Assembly: GCF_037042905.1 (NCBI RefSeq)
Contig: NC_087250.1
Location: 10,232,001 to 10,296,000, forward strand
DNA: 64,000 nucleotides
Origin: Lytechinus pictus
Lineage: Eukaryota
Reading direction: 5' to 3'
In this document: in pieces, positions 1 to 13,200 of the stretch
Numbering within the stretch: the first letter of the stretch is position 1
Layout of the letters: each line of letters begins with the position of its first letter
Notes under the pieces: generated by a model
The model's input: the letters and a program-made list of their open reading frames with translations, nothing else
The model's database searches: none
Told to the model about the DNA's origin: nothing
Position numbers and translations under genes: made by a program

Positions 1-1899
1 AATTGAGGGGGAAATGTCACCTTTATCACATACATTGGTATATAAATGTGATGTAATCTAATCTACACCCCCCCCCCCCCCCACCTCACAAATAAATTAT
101 GAAAATACTCTGGTCAGTCTGATGCTGCACTTGGCCACACCCTAAATTTATTGGAAACATAACCAATGCCCACACACTCTTTAGACTCCCGAGTTGATCT
201 TTTGCTTCGAAAGTGCTACTGGTATTTCCTGTACATGTAATCGAAACCTGTCAGAGAAGTGTGTCAGAAAACTGATTTCCTGCCAGCTTTTTACCACAAA
301 AGAAGGCTTGGATAGCTCGCTGAAGAAAACCCTGGAAATGTTTGCAAATATGTGCAAAAACATCCTGATAGAATTCATTTCATTATGATCGCATTACAAA
401 CATTATTGAAATTATGGTATGGAAATTCGAAATAACAGGATATTGAATGTATATCCTGAAGGCCCAACACGTAAATGGCTGAAGACATGCATCCCTCTTC
501 CGGAAATTAGTAATATCAAGGAGATAAAATTTCTATTTTGTTGTCAAGGGGAAAGAAAAGTGATATAGGATTTATTTACGCCATAACCTCAGGACTGCAA
601 TACATAATGCCCTCCTCGGTAGAAAATCTACACATGTACCACCCCAAAACCACCAATAAGTCGCCAGGTAAGGTTCTCTGTAAATACACATAGCCACAAT
701 AGTAATTTAGTCTCCAAAACCCCAAATTTCAAAAAAGCTTACTGTATCTGAAAGAGCATAATTTCTTCTTCTTTATTCTTCGAAAATTTGAAGTCGTGAA
801 GTTGAATAAAAGAAAAGATACAAGAGTTTCTTGGACACAACTTTTTCAGACTGCTTGGAAGTTTCACTGAGATTTTTTTTTAGCTCTTGCTGAATTTCCT
901 CTGCATTCAATCAAGTACAGTACTTGTAATGGATATTGTTGGTCAATTTTAACATATTATATATCATTTTAAAGCTTAGGAAGTGAATTTTCAAGCTCAA
1001 TAAAGATCTCAGGATTCATTTTGTTTGACTTATTGTTGGTTTTGGGGAGGCAGGTCACATATACATGTATAAAATGAAAAAGAAAGGGAGAAAGGATAGA
1101 GTGGGAGAGAGGGAAACAGGATACGATTTTGATCAAGTGTGTTGTAAATTTATACAGAAAGTGATTCATTAATTTCATTCATCTATTAATATAAATAGCA
1201 TCCATAAACATATTGATGCAATTATAATTTGAAACAAGGATGTGTAATTATCATGGATTATTTTTATTTATAAGAATGATGTTTCAAGTGCGAGTGTACA
1301 TTCATGTATATGTATACCAACAGGGGGGAAGTCAATAAGTGTAACAAATGGACAAAAGAAATGTTGCCAAATTGAAGAATAGGTTAATACAAAATGAAGG
1401 GCTTTAAGAATTCATTTATTGTCTTAAAAAGATTTTACAATGTACAGTGTACAGTAGCGTATAGCTTCATATCTTTGACAAGATAAACATTCAGTGACTA
1501 ACTGTTCTTTTCTTCTGTACAATGATCTATGGAATGCTTCCTGATATAAAAATCATTTGAGAAGAAAGTGTAGCAATGGACTAAAAGATTGTACATACAA
1601 AGCTACATGTACATGTATGGCCTGATCTAATATCTTAGTCACACTGATCCACTCTTCTCTTCTTAGTCATAATACATAGATCTATGGAATGCTTCATGTG
1701 CAGGGATAGATTCTTCCTCTCGATATAAAAAGCATTTGAAAAGAAAGCTTTAATAGCAACCAGACTAAAAGAAATGTGCCACCTGGGGCTTTAAGAATTC
1801 ATTTATGTACAGTGTATAGTAGTGTTACCTAAAATTACCTAAAATTAAAAGAATGGACAGTTTACTGTCAGTGTGTACATGTACATTATTGTATAATAC

Positions 1900-2462
1900 T
1901 GTAATAATAAACATTATTTGTATAGCGCTTATCACAAAACATGTCTCTAAAGCGCTTAGCAAAAATAATAGAGAGAAGGAATTTCAGCAAAAAACTAAAA
2001 TAATTGTATTAGACTGTAGACAGTTGAGGGGCTTCACAAGCAAAGGAAAAGGCTATTTAAAGGTCATACTTTCTTATTTACATAAAGTACATCCGATTTT
2101 GATGAAATTTTCATTGTTATGCTTGTTGGATTTTTCTCTTTTTATTCCAATCAATTTTTTGTTGGGGTGGACTAGTCCTTTAACAAAAAGTAGGTTTTTA
2201 ATATGGATTTGATTTTCTCTGTTGAATCTGCTTGTTTTACTTTGTAGTAGATTGTTCCAGAGTGGAGGGGATGCAGAATAAAAAGATTATGAACCATAAG
2301 ACTGGGTATTGGACTATTGGTGGCAGGAACTATTAAGAGTGATTTGTTTCTTGAGCGCAAGTTGCGGGAGGGTGAATATTCTGATATCAACTCTTGAAGG
2401 TAGACTGGAGCTGATTTCTTCAAACATTGGAAGGTCAGCAAGAGGATCTTGAAATCAATCAA
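1900..2462 (-). mobile_element. L2/CR1-group LINE 3' relic, interrupted by a small TTAA-flanked element (2061-2179)
   Basis: IDFKILLLTFQCLKKSAPVYLQELISEYSPSRNLRS resembles the C-terminal end of L2-type RT proteins. The insert has TTAA|AGG...CCT|TTAA ends. Confidence 0.7.
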
Positions 2463-4645
2463 ACTTCAAAATTAATTTTTTTAAATCGATCAATTCCAAG
2501 CTATGGCATGATCGACTAACTTACTTAATTACACTGACCCACTGTTCTCTTCTTACCCATAATGCATAATACATACATGTATTGAATGCTTCATGTGTTA
2601 GGGATAGATCCCTTCTCTTGGAGGCAGTGGGAGATATTGTATTACATTCGCAGCTTAGCAGGATTTCTAAAGACCTACATGTTTACGGTGCAAAGGGCAA
2701 CAACCTACATTGCAAGACCTACACGTACATATCTGCAGGCCTACATACTTGTATCCACAATATGCATTGATCAACCAAGATAATGGATTATATGAATGAC
2801 TGGCTAATACAGTGTAATCAATACCGTACTAAAATTGGCAAGCGTCCTACCTACTGTAGAATATTGAAAAAAACATAAAAAGTGATGCGGAGGTTATGTA
2901 TTCAGCCTTTAGAACACTTGATTTTGTTTGTTTTATTTCCATCATAAATAAATACATAACAATATATATACATGTAAAGACATAATGAAATAAATTCTAA
3001 ACATTGATTTAAAAAAAAAATAATAATTAATGATTGAAACATGTTAAGAAAGTTAAAAGATCAAACTTGAGGCAAAAGACGGTTGGATAACCCATATTCA
3101 GCTGCACCAATTATATGTGCGGCTGGTCTTCCATGGGGACTTATTAAAAAGAGAGTCATAGGGAGCGGAAAATGAGAACAGAAAAGAAAAGACAAAAGAG
3201 GGAAAGGAAGGAAGAAAGAAAAGAAAAGGTAGAAAGAAAAAAATAAAGAAAGGAGAAAAAAAAAATTGGCATTAATTACTTGTCGTTGAGTGGTTCAATG
3301 CGCAGGTTTAAACTCTACAGTACGCTTTACTATCATGATGCTGTCCAAGGATTTTATTCAACCCTGCTCTCGAGTTATAATAATCTTTATTTTTGAAAAT
3401 CGGTAAAGAGTGCTTATTCCATTGAAATCAAACTTGACTGAATATTCACTAAGTCTGGTTGATTTAATGGTTGCAGGGCATATATTAACAAATTTGATAA
3501 TTTGAAGATCTATTTACATAAAAGATAAATTGCCTAAATTGTTAGGGAAACCTTTGTTTTTTATATTTGTTTCATTTTGTTTTGTCTTATGGCTTGTCAA
3601 ATTTTTCGGGACCCAAAACTGACCTTCATTTTGTAGTGAAACTGTTTTTTTCTTGTCAAAATTTTCAGGACCAAAAAAAGACCTTCATTTTGTACTGAAA
3701 GTGATAAATTTTGTTTTTGCTTGTAAAATTTACATCAGCACCCCCTGTAAAAAAAAATTGTTCCCAGGGCCCTGCAGCCCACATAGGCATTAGAAAATCA
3801 GAGAAGATATAAGCAGCTGAGGGACCCCCTCCCCCATGCATCCGTAACGTTGGGGAAGAACAATCATGACAATAGGAAACAAGATGGCGGCGTATTCATC
3901 GGGCAAGTCTCTTCCGTCTTTTCATATTTTTCTAATTTTTTGGATGAATTCTTGTTCCAAAATGAAATCGATAGCGTAGAAATGTCGGATATAAAGTTGT
4001 ATCCCATTTACATGATTTAGGGCTAGATCTTTTAAAAGGAAAGTAGAAATCTCGGATGCAAAAGTTTCAGGTTTTTTGGCGGTACATGCAGATGAATGGG
4101 AAGGAATTCCTGGCTCCGAGGAGGGTAAGTATACGTTAGTAAATGATTTTTACTCTCAAGAAGCCTCTGGCTATCCCCCCCCCCCCATACATGTATGTTA
4201 CAAATTATATATTTCTTGCCACAATCATATTTGGATTATAGTAATGCAGATGGAGTGCCCTGGGTAGCTTTGTGAAAAGCATTCATATTCACTCAAGCTA
4301 CAATCAAAATAAATGACAAAAAATGACCATACGTCATACTCGGCTCAGCTCAGATTTACGAATATCAAACATAATGATAAATGACAAAAAATGATGTGAA
4401 CGTATTCAGCTCAGATTTGCGAACAATTACTGCATACTGGTGGGGAAGTTCTCTTGAAGTCGGCCGGTGCTAGCGCCCAGATCCAGAATACCGCCCCCCC
4501 CCCCCCCCAACTTATCAACCCTATCCATAGCGTAATAGATCTATTAAAGCATACCACACAGTTCTGGATCACACATACGGGAGAGCTCAGGCGACCAACG
4601 CCACCGAGTTCCCGTCAACTCTTTACACTGGCATCAATACATTAC

Positions 4646-4702
4646 CTGCTGGGCGACAGGATCCAAAATTGCTTCGATCGTTTTCGTGTGAAAAACCGGC
4701 AT
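4646..4702 (-). CDS. VCL: Vinculin, first coding exon (19 codons); remainder of the gene presumably lies beyond position 1
   Basis: The minus strand reads gccATG CCG GTT TTT CAC ACG AAA ACG ATC GAA GCA ATT TTG GAT CCT GTC GCC CAG CAG|GTAATG = MPVFHTKTIEAILDPVAQQ, followed by a phase-0 donor. This matches the conserved metazoan vinculin N-terminus (MPVFHT[RK]TIESIL[ED]PVAQQ). No second exon was recognised in 1-4645. Confidence 0.93.
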
Positions 4703-4990
4703 GGCTTATCCCTCGAACACTCGAAAACAGGAGAAAATATTCCTTGAATTTAGAGGAGGGTCCTGAAATTCTGAATATTCCAACCAGAAAAACAACGCGA
4801 TGACCAGACGATTTTGCTAGAAGTATTCCTTCCCGGGATCTCCGCACTCAGATTTGTTAAGGGCATGTGTTGAAATGACTGACGGCGCACCCCTCAATCG
4901 ATAGGCGAACGATTTCCTCACCCCCTCATGCACCTGTGCGTTGGTATTGCGTTGGGAAGTTATACCAGTTCGCCCCACCCTCAAAGCGAT
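4703..4990 (-). promoter_or_regulatory. Probable vinculin 5' UTR and core promoter
   Basis: CpG-enriched non-repeat sequence directly upstream of the ATG, with an Inr-like TCAGTC on the minus strand at 4882-4877. The TSS is inferred. Confidence 0.4.
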
Positions 4991-5064
4991 GGGTGCTTAG
5001 TCTTGGATTGCAGTCACAACTTTATCTTGTAATTTTTAGATTTTGCCGTCTTATTTCATATAGG

Positions 5065-5334
5065 CACTGGCGGATCCAAAGGGGGGGGGGGCAAAGCCGG
5101 CCCGTGCTCCCCCCTTTAGAGAAGCAAAATTAAAATTTGTAATGTAAAAACACCGTTAAAACAGAAGTGTGCCCCCCCCCCTTTTTTTTTTTTGGCTTGT
5201 CAATTTTTTTTCGGGAACGAAATATCCTTAATTTTGGGGCTGATTTGGGGTTACAAAACATTTTTTTTTTGCTTGTCAAATTTTTCCTCGGAAAAATGTG
5301 CCCCCCCCCCTTAGAAATCCTGGATCCGCCCCTG
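5065..5334. mobile_element. hAT-type MITE
   Basis: TIRs CACTGGCGGATCC / GGATCCGCCCCTG with a perfect 8-bp TSD CATATAGG. Confidence 0.85.
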
Positions 5335-5822
5335 CATATAGGAGTCACTTAAATGTATCACTGTGCCCTATAATTGTTTCCCGGAGATATCGATAATTTA
5401 ATTTTTTTTCAATTCAATTCATTTTTTTTTCAATTCCGATAAAAAGAAATGTACAGAGAAATGCATGTGGGCATAATAACAGATTATCAATACAAAAAAG
5501 AGACATTATAAACAGATAAAGATATACATGTAAACATGCTTATGTTACATAAATTGATACAGAGATTTCAAGAAAAGAATGGAATTAAGGAATACTGCAA
5601 AAAAACATTAAGTATTATTTTGTCGAGTCAGTAATCTCACGAGAGAAAGTCTTGAAGAATTAAAAACATTTTTTAGAAATGAATATGAGAAGAAAATGGA
5701 AGGATTTGTTTGTGATATTTAAACAGTATGATTGTGCAATATTTATTGAGTTGGTATAATCAAGTTCAAAACGTTAACAGATATAAAAATAGGTTTTGAT
5801 GGGGCCCTTAATTCTGCATGGG

Positions 5823-5989
5823 CATAGGCGGCGGAAGCGGGGGGACGTGCCCCCCCCCCTAAATTTTAGGTGGGGGACGGTCCCCCCCCCCTAAATTTTT
5901 TGTTGATAACCTTTTTTTTTTTTTTTTTTTTTGCTTGTCTAAATTTTTTTGTGGTCCCCCCCTAAAATTTTTGGCTTCCGCCGCCAATA
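5823..5989. mobile_element. hAT-type MITE
   Basis: TIR cores GGCGGCGGAAGC / GCTTCCGCCGCC with a perfect 8-bp TSD TGCATGGG. Confidence 0.85.
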
Positions 5990-7739
5990 TGCATGGGTAC
6001 ATATTCTTAAGACTCTCTGTTGTAATTTATAGATACCCTGCAAACGTGATTTATAAGTATTGCCCCAGACACCATTTGCAATAAGTTAAGTGGGCCCGTA
6101 GGATAAGAGTATTATATAATAATTTAATAGTTGTTTGGGGTAAAATATGACGTAATTTACTGAGGATGCCAGTGGTCTTATAAATTTTGCATGAAATAGA
6201 TTGTATATGATGTATCCAAGTGCAACCTTAAAACTTGACCACGTCAAGTCTGTTTAAAACTGATTTTACTGTAAAGTTTTTCATTCAATTCAATAGGAAA
6301 AGATTTTGTTTATTATGGAAATACATATAATTAGACTTTTCAAAATTGATAACTAGTCTGTTGTTGTCAAACCTCTTGCTAACATTATTGAGTTCAGTTG
6401 ATATTACATTGGATAATTCAACAATATTTTCATGAGATATTAACAAATTAGTATCGTCAGCAAATAATATAACCTTAAAAACATTAGAACAATAACAGAA
6501 ATCATTTACATAAATAATATAAAGCAGAGGACCAAGAACATTGGGGAATACCGCAATAAATGGGGAGTGTGTCGGAAAGTGTTTTATTAAAAAGATACAT
6601 ATTGTAATCTATCTGAAATATAATTTTTGAACCATATTAAGGGTACACCACGGATTCCATACATATATAACTTTTTTAATTGAAATATCATGGTCTATTG
6701 AATCAAAGGCTTTAGATAAGTCTATAAAGATTCCGATCGTGTATAATGATTTAAAGAAGAAATAATCGTATCATGTTAGTCAACTAGAGCCATTTTAGTT
6801 TGATTATTCTTTTGAAAACCATATTGACATGGATTGATAATATTGTTTATACACAAATAATCATAAATACGAGTATATAAAACTTTTTTCTAATGATTAT
6901 CTTGGAGAAAACAGGGCAATATTGAAATAGGACGGTAGTTTGAGGTATTATATACTTTTTATGAATCAGAACAACTATAACAACTTTTAATTTAGATGGA
7001 ACTATTCCTATGGTAATAGATACATTTAAAATGTAAGTGATATGAGTTACAATAGTATAAATGATAGCTTTAATGACTTTACCAATCCAATTCATCAATA
7101 CCACATAAATGTGAGTATTTAAGAGATTTAACACAACATTTAACACTTCACTTTCATCAATAGGTTTTAAAGAGTGATTTTTCAGGTATTTTGTGCAACA
7201 GGTGTATGTTCAAAATCAAAAGAATTTTTTTCATGCAATTTGTTACCAAGGTTCACAAATAGTTCATTAAAGGAATTTGTAATATATTTATCATCTTCAA
7301 TTTTGTCACCACTTACAAGCATATACGTTGGTATAAACTCATTATCAGAAACATCATGAAATGGAAGTATGTCAGATATACATTGGTTACATAATTGCAA
7401 GGTACACAGACATGTTCTGGAGGTTATATCGTTATGATTAACCGTTTCCATACATCAATATAAACAATAGTAAAAAGACTACAATGTAACAAGATCAAAA
7501 TCCTCCTAAGATGAACCCAAGTTGAGAAAGATACATTATGAAAAATATGATTTGTCTAACATCAAGAATGAAAATACAAAATACAAATAAAGAATATGCA
7601 ATATATAATGAATAACAATGAAGTTCAGCAATATGCGAAGTACAAGAAAAGTCATGTACTAAACAGGTGAGAAATATATATAGTCTATATCAATTTATCC
7701 TGGTAGACGGACGAGGTCTTGTTTACATGTAATATCTTA

Positions 7740-8051
7740 GGTCCATATTCTGAAGTCCTGTTTAACTTAGACCATGGTCTAACTCTGTGCTAAAATTATC
7801 GGAAGCCAAAAGTGTCAAAAATTTTATAAGTTGTATATGTTTCTTATGTTTACTGTGCTCTTTCCTGATTCATCGATGGTGAAGACAATCATCTATTCAT
7901 ACTTGCTAGAAAATTATGAATGATTTGAGAGCCAAGTGAGCTGAAATATGATATCTCTACCGTTAGTGATTTATGTAACAATTTGCTATCCATACTTAAA
8001 CCACAACTTTAAACCTGAGATTAAGTTAAACCCGACTTCAGAATACGGGCC
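7740..8051. mobile_element. PIF/Harbinger-type MITE (second copy at 51148-51464)
   Basis: ~30-bp TIR GGCCCGTATTCTGAAGTCGGGTTTAACTTA with a 3-bp TSD TTA. The internal sequence is shared with the second copy. Confidence 0.85.
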
Positions 8052-8311
8052 TTAATGTCTAAGTTGCTATCACCAGAAATAAGTGCTATGGCTCGACCGT
8101 CGCTTGTCCATGCATGATTGTTTTGGTGCAACTTCTTGTAAGGGAAAGCAAAGTAGCATTTTCTCTTGTTAAGTCTTCTTGAATGGATTTGTTATTCCCT
8201 GCAAGTTTTCTTCTTCTACTGAGAATCTCATTGCGCTTCCTGTAAGAGTTAAACTTCGATATAATTGGTCGAGGTTTGGGCGTCTTGTCATCTGGGCTTC
8301 GCTTTGGCTTA

Positions 8312-10971
8312 TAGTCCAGGATAGAAGAGACATGACCTTGTTTTTTCATATATACAATATTTTTGATGGTTTCTTGTCAATTCAAGGGTGCTGATTACGA
8401 ATCTGAATGATGCCACTCGTGCAACCTTGAGCATTTTCCGCAAATTTGCAAAATCCAATATGGCCGCCAATGAATAACCCATGAAAATCATAAAATTGCC
8501 CGCACATGCATTGGCTATAAAATGCATATGAAATCGTGTGGCAGGAGAGAAATACTCTCTGAAAAAAAGTTTTTGACAAAATATTTATTTTCTTGATATT
8601 CAAAATGGCTGCCATAGGCCCCTTTATATTCTATTATGTACAATATGAATAGGGAAAACTAATTTTCACGAAAATGAGCACTAAACTGCAAGAAATCGTG
8701 ATACAGTGTATATGAACGAAGTGCTGTAGGCAAATCACCATTACTAACGAGATATATCATTTATTATGTCATGTATGAGAAAATTGCTGTATTTTGATAT
8801 CTAAAATAGCCGCCACTGACCCAGACAGTATATTGTGTACAATGTCAATGGGGGCCAAAAAAGTCACAAGAGTGAGCACTAAAATGCTTATTATTATGAT
8901 AAACGAGTGGAATACTGACTAAAAACATAATTGTTAACGAAATGTATTATTTAATATGCCATGAAGGCCTATGTGATAAATGTTGTATTTTGATATTCAA
9001 AATGACTGCCAAAGACCCTAACATTATTATGTACAATGAGAAAGAGGACCAAAGAAATCTCAAGAGTGAGCACTAAAATGCATATATGATAAAGTAATGG
9101 GATTCTGTCTACAAAACATAATTTTTTATCGAAATATAACATTCAGGTATCCAGATTGAATATTGTATTTTGACTTTCAAAATGGCCGCCATAGACATTG
9201 ACTGTATTATGTATAATGCGAACTTGGAAACCAATATTCACAGGAGTGAGCACCATAAATGCACGTAATAGTGATCCATGAGTAAAATATTGTCTGAAAG
9301 CATAATTTCTAACAAGATATATCATTTATTCTGCAAGTGATAAATACTGTATTTTGAAAGTCAAAATCCCCCATGGCCACTACAGATTCTTACGGTATTA
9401 TGTACAATGTGAATGGGAACAAATGATTTTAACAGATTTTGGCTTCGCTTGTCTAAATGGTGTTGTATGAGTAAAATATTGTCTAAAAACATGATTTATA
9501 ACAATAAATATCCTATCTTATGGTGTTTCAACATTCAAAATGGCCGCCATGTGCTATTTGTGAAAATTATCTAAAGGGCCTATGGTGGCCATTTTCAATT
9601 TCAAAATGCAGCATTTATCAACTTAATTACACAAGATATGATATATCTCGTTAGAAACCACGGTTTTAGACAACTTTCCACCCTTACATCCCAATTATAT
9701 GCAATATTTATAGTCAAGCAAAGTCAAATTCTGTCAAATTATATGTCCCAAGTTACAATGTACATAGTACTTTGAGGACCTCTGGCAGCCATTTTGGACT
9801 AAGTGTAACATTACCTTCATGACCAATATGTGATGTATGTAGTTAGAAATCATGTTTAAAGGGGAATCCAGCCTTGGCCATAAAATGTTGTGTTGGGAAG
9901 GAGAAAAATAAATTAAACAGAATGGTGAAAATTTGAAAGAAATCGGACAAGCAATGATAAGAAAGTTATAGCTGCTTTAAAATTGAGATCACTAATAGTA
10001 TGTATATTTCAAATTGGCAACTAGGTAAGTAAATTATGACAAGGGGCAAGGGCAACTTTCCCATAGGCCATGTACTTTATTATCAGGGATTTGTGGTTTT
10101 CTCTTAAGTACCCATTCCCCTGGGGCAGTAATCTGAATATAACACAGGAAGTATATTGTTTTATGTCCTCATGAAAGAAATATATAATTTGAAATAAAAC
10201 TTTTGGGAAAAATGACATTTTAGCCATAATATGTATTGGAGTACATGGAAGAGTAGTACTTGCCTTACATCACTATGACATCCCATATGCGGCCAATTTG
10301 AAGTCTCAATGGATATAGTGATTACCAATATTTACAACTTTTAAAAATTCATAACTTTCTTAATTGTTGTTTGTCCAATGCAAGTTGTTCAAACTTTCAC
10401 CTATACTCTTGTCTGATTTTTCTTTTTCTTATAAAAACAAGTTTTTATTTGGGTTGGATTCCCCTTTAATACAACATTTTTACTCGTACATCACAGTTAC
10501 ATGCATTTTATGATTCTCACTCTTGTGAAAATTAGTTTTCCTATACGCATGTTACATAATTTAGTTATAGGGCTTGTAGCGGCTATTTTGAATGTCAAAA
10601 TACAATATGTATCACCTACATGGCAGAAAAATGCTATAATTAATGAAAACTATGTTTTCAAATAAGATTTTACTCATGCAACATGATTATATGGATGTCA
10701 TAATCAAGCAAATCCAAATTCTTACAAAATTATATGTCCCCACTTACATTGTAGATAACACTGTTAGGGCCTATATGGGCCATTTTGAATTTCACAATAG
10801 AGCATTTATCTCATGCATGACAAAAGAAATGATATGTCTCGCTAGAAAACATGTTTTCAGACAATATTTTACTCGTAGATCACAATTACATGCATTTCAT
10901 GTTTCTTACTTTTGTGAAAATCAGTTTCTCCATTCGCATTGTACATAATAAATATAGGGCCTATGGCGGCC
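8312..10971. mobile_element. Internally repetitive foldback DNA element with a TAGTCCAGGATAGAA end (possibly Academ-like), truncated on the right
   Basis: Repeated subunits with AAAATGGCCGCC in the left half and GGCGGCCATTTT in the right half. A related inverted copy at ~59010-60798 shares the same terminus. The superfamily is inferred from the TAG end only. Confidence 0.65.
9860..10465. mobile_element. Kolobok-type non-autonomous element
   Basis: Ends are TTAA|AGGGGAATCCA ... TGGATTCCCCT|TTAA. Confidence 0.8.
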
Positions 10972-11869
10972 CTGTATTAAAGAGTTGCGACACTGAACTG
11001 GAGATTTGACGCCATTTTGGTTCCATTCATTGTTACGCACCCGGTGACTGTGTGTATAGCTTAGCGCGCGCTGGTGTTTTATCTGGATTTTTTGCATTCT
11101 AAGCTTTCTCGTTATCGGTCAAAATTTAAAAACAAAGATGATTGCTTATCAATAGTAATTTATATTTACAATTTAGAGGGTTTAGTGGACATATTCGTGT
11201 ATGAAGACAGGATAAACGGAAAGGAGGGAAGGACACTTGGGTAGACTTATTCGAGCAATGCGAAATAATTTGTTGCGGCATTCTGGTATATTTTTTTCGT
11301 GCCCCCATCGGTCTCCTTCACTATTCTTTCTTTCTACCTTCTCTATCTATCAAGCAGACAAAACCAGAGTTTATCATCTCTCATCTCTTTTATTCATCAT
11401 CTTACCTTATATAGGTTCTTTCCATCATCTCGTCTTTTTATATAAATATTTCATTCTTCTTCATTTGTCCTCATCTCCCGCCTCATCTCTACTTTTTTCT
11501 TCTCTCTTCTCATCTTCAAGCTTTTCCATGTTTCTATCTCTTTATCTTATCTCCGTTTTATCATGTCTTCCGTCCTCTCTATTCTCATATATCTTTTCAC
11601 CTCTATTTTATCTACACTGTATTTTCATCTCTCTTGTTCATCTCATCTCTGATCTCTTTTCTTCATCTCGTCTTTTGTTCATCTTCCATCTTTTCATCTA
11701 TCTCATCTCTCATCATCACCCCCTTTCTCTTTCTTTCTCTCTCTTGTCATCTCACACACTCCATTTCTCTACTTCATCTCTCTTTTCATCAAGAATGACA
11801 AATAAACATGCAAAAACAAAAACAAAAAAACCAAGTGATGTAAACTTTTACAGATAAGTTATTATTGAA

Positions 11870-13200
11870 CAAGCCTTGCAAGTTTTGTGGTATTGCATTT
11901 CAACATCACTGCTTATTAACAAAGCTCCATAGACCAACTCTTTTGGTGATAACCAGTGTGAAAGTGGGCAACTGAAAGTTACAACAGTCAATTTTATACA
12001 AATGACTTATTTCCTGAAATTCTCATATAGGAACATACACTTGGTCGTATACAACATCAATAATTTTACGAACTGGCCTAAACCTCAATCCACTGTCGAA
12101 ATTTCAAAATTCTGATTTCAATATATTTTGAAACACACGCTCTAAATCTATCGAATTCCTGAATTTCAGAGCTAAAAAAAAATTGTCAACAAGGAATGTC
12201 AGCATTTTATTTCAGACTTGCGAGTTTTATATGGTAATGCATATAAACATCAGGGCTGATAAAGAAAGCTTTATTGTACTTGTAGGGAGACCAAATTGTT
12301 TGGTGAGAAACAGAGTGCAAATGGGCTACTGAAAGTTACAACAGTCAACTTTCTAACAAATGACTAATTTCCTGAAATTCTCATATAGGAACATACACTG
12401 TATACTAGGTAATATACATCAATGATGTCACAAACTGGAATACACCTTGATTTTCTGTCGAAATTTCAAAATTCTAATTTCAATATATTTTGAAACACAT
12501 GCTCTAACCCAATTGAATCCCTGAATTTCAGAGCGTAAAAAAAAAATAGCAAGGAAAGTCAACTTTTATAAATTATTAAGCCTTGCAAGTTTTCTGGTAC
12601 TGCACATAAACATCAGTGCTGATTAACAAAGCTCTATCGACCAACTCTTTTGGTGAGAAAAGTGTGAAAATGGGAGACTGTAAGTTACAACAGTCAATTT
12701 TCTACAAATGAATAATTTCCTGAAATTCTCAAAGATGAACATACACTTGGTCGTATAAATCATTATTGATTTTACAGTTGGCCTATAAAACATTAATTTT
12801 GTATCAAAGTTTCAAAATCCTGATTTCACTATATTTTGAAACATCAACCTGAACTATTTTGAATCCCTCAATTTTAGAGAACTAAATAAATGAATAAATA
12901 AACAAATAAATGAATAAATAAACAAATAAATAAATAAATACAAATAAATAAATAAAAAAAGATTTTTTTTCAATAAGATTCATAAAATTCATGCAAGGAA
13001 TGCCAAATTTTATAAATCATTATAAAGCCTTGCAAGTTGTGTGATACTGCATATAAACATAAAGAAAGCTTCATTGTACTTGTACACGTACAGTAGGGAG
13101 ACCAACTCGTTTGGTGAGAAACAGAGTGAAAATTGGCTACTGAAAGTTACTTTTATAACAAAAAATTCATTTCCTAAAATTTTCTTCAAAGTATGTCTTC
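11870..13200. repeat. Degenerate tandem repeat of ~350-450 bp units (about 3.5 copies) inside the P-like element
   Basis: AAGCCTTGCAAGTT / GACCAACTC..TTGGTGA / GAAAGTTACAACAGTCAA blocks recur, with units starting near 11871, 12213, 12578 and 13026. Confidence 0.8.

Larger units (their letters stand above)
5400..8310 (-). pseudogene. Degenerate CR1/L2-group LINE (ORF2 fragments ~6000-7450; ORF1 fragment ~8060-8310)
   Basis: Broken RT motifs on the minus strand (DLSKAFD-like at ~6700-6725, LGPLL at ~6525, IFADDTN at ~6450-6470). The ORF1-like peptide is KPRPIISKFNSYRKRNEILSRRRKL...IQEDLT. A (TTCAA)n-like tail lies near 5410. Confidence 0.75.

Noticed and set aside
1395..2640. Patchy short direct repeats in the vinculin intron
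   Set aside because: Ordinary local duplication debris with no termini or coding signal.
11237..11857. 206-aa hydrophobic ORF
   Set aside because: CT-rich low-complexity sequence within the P-like element, with no domain features.
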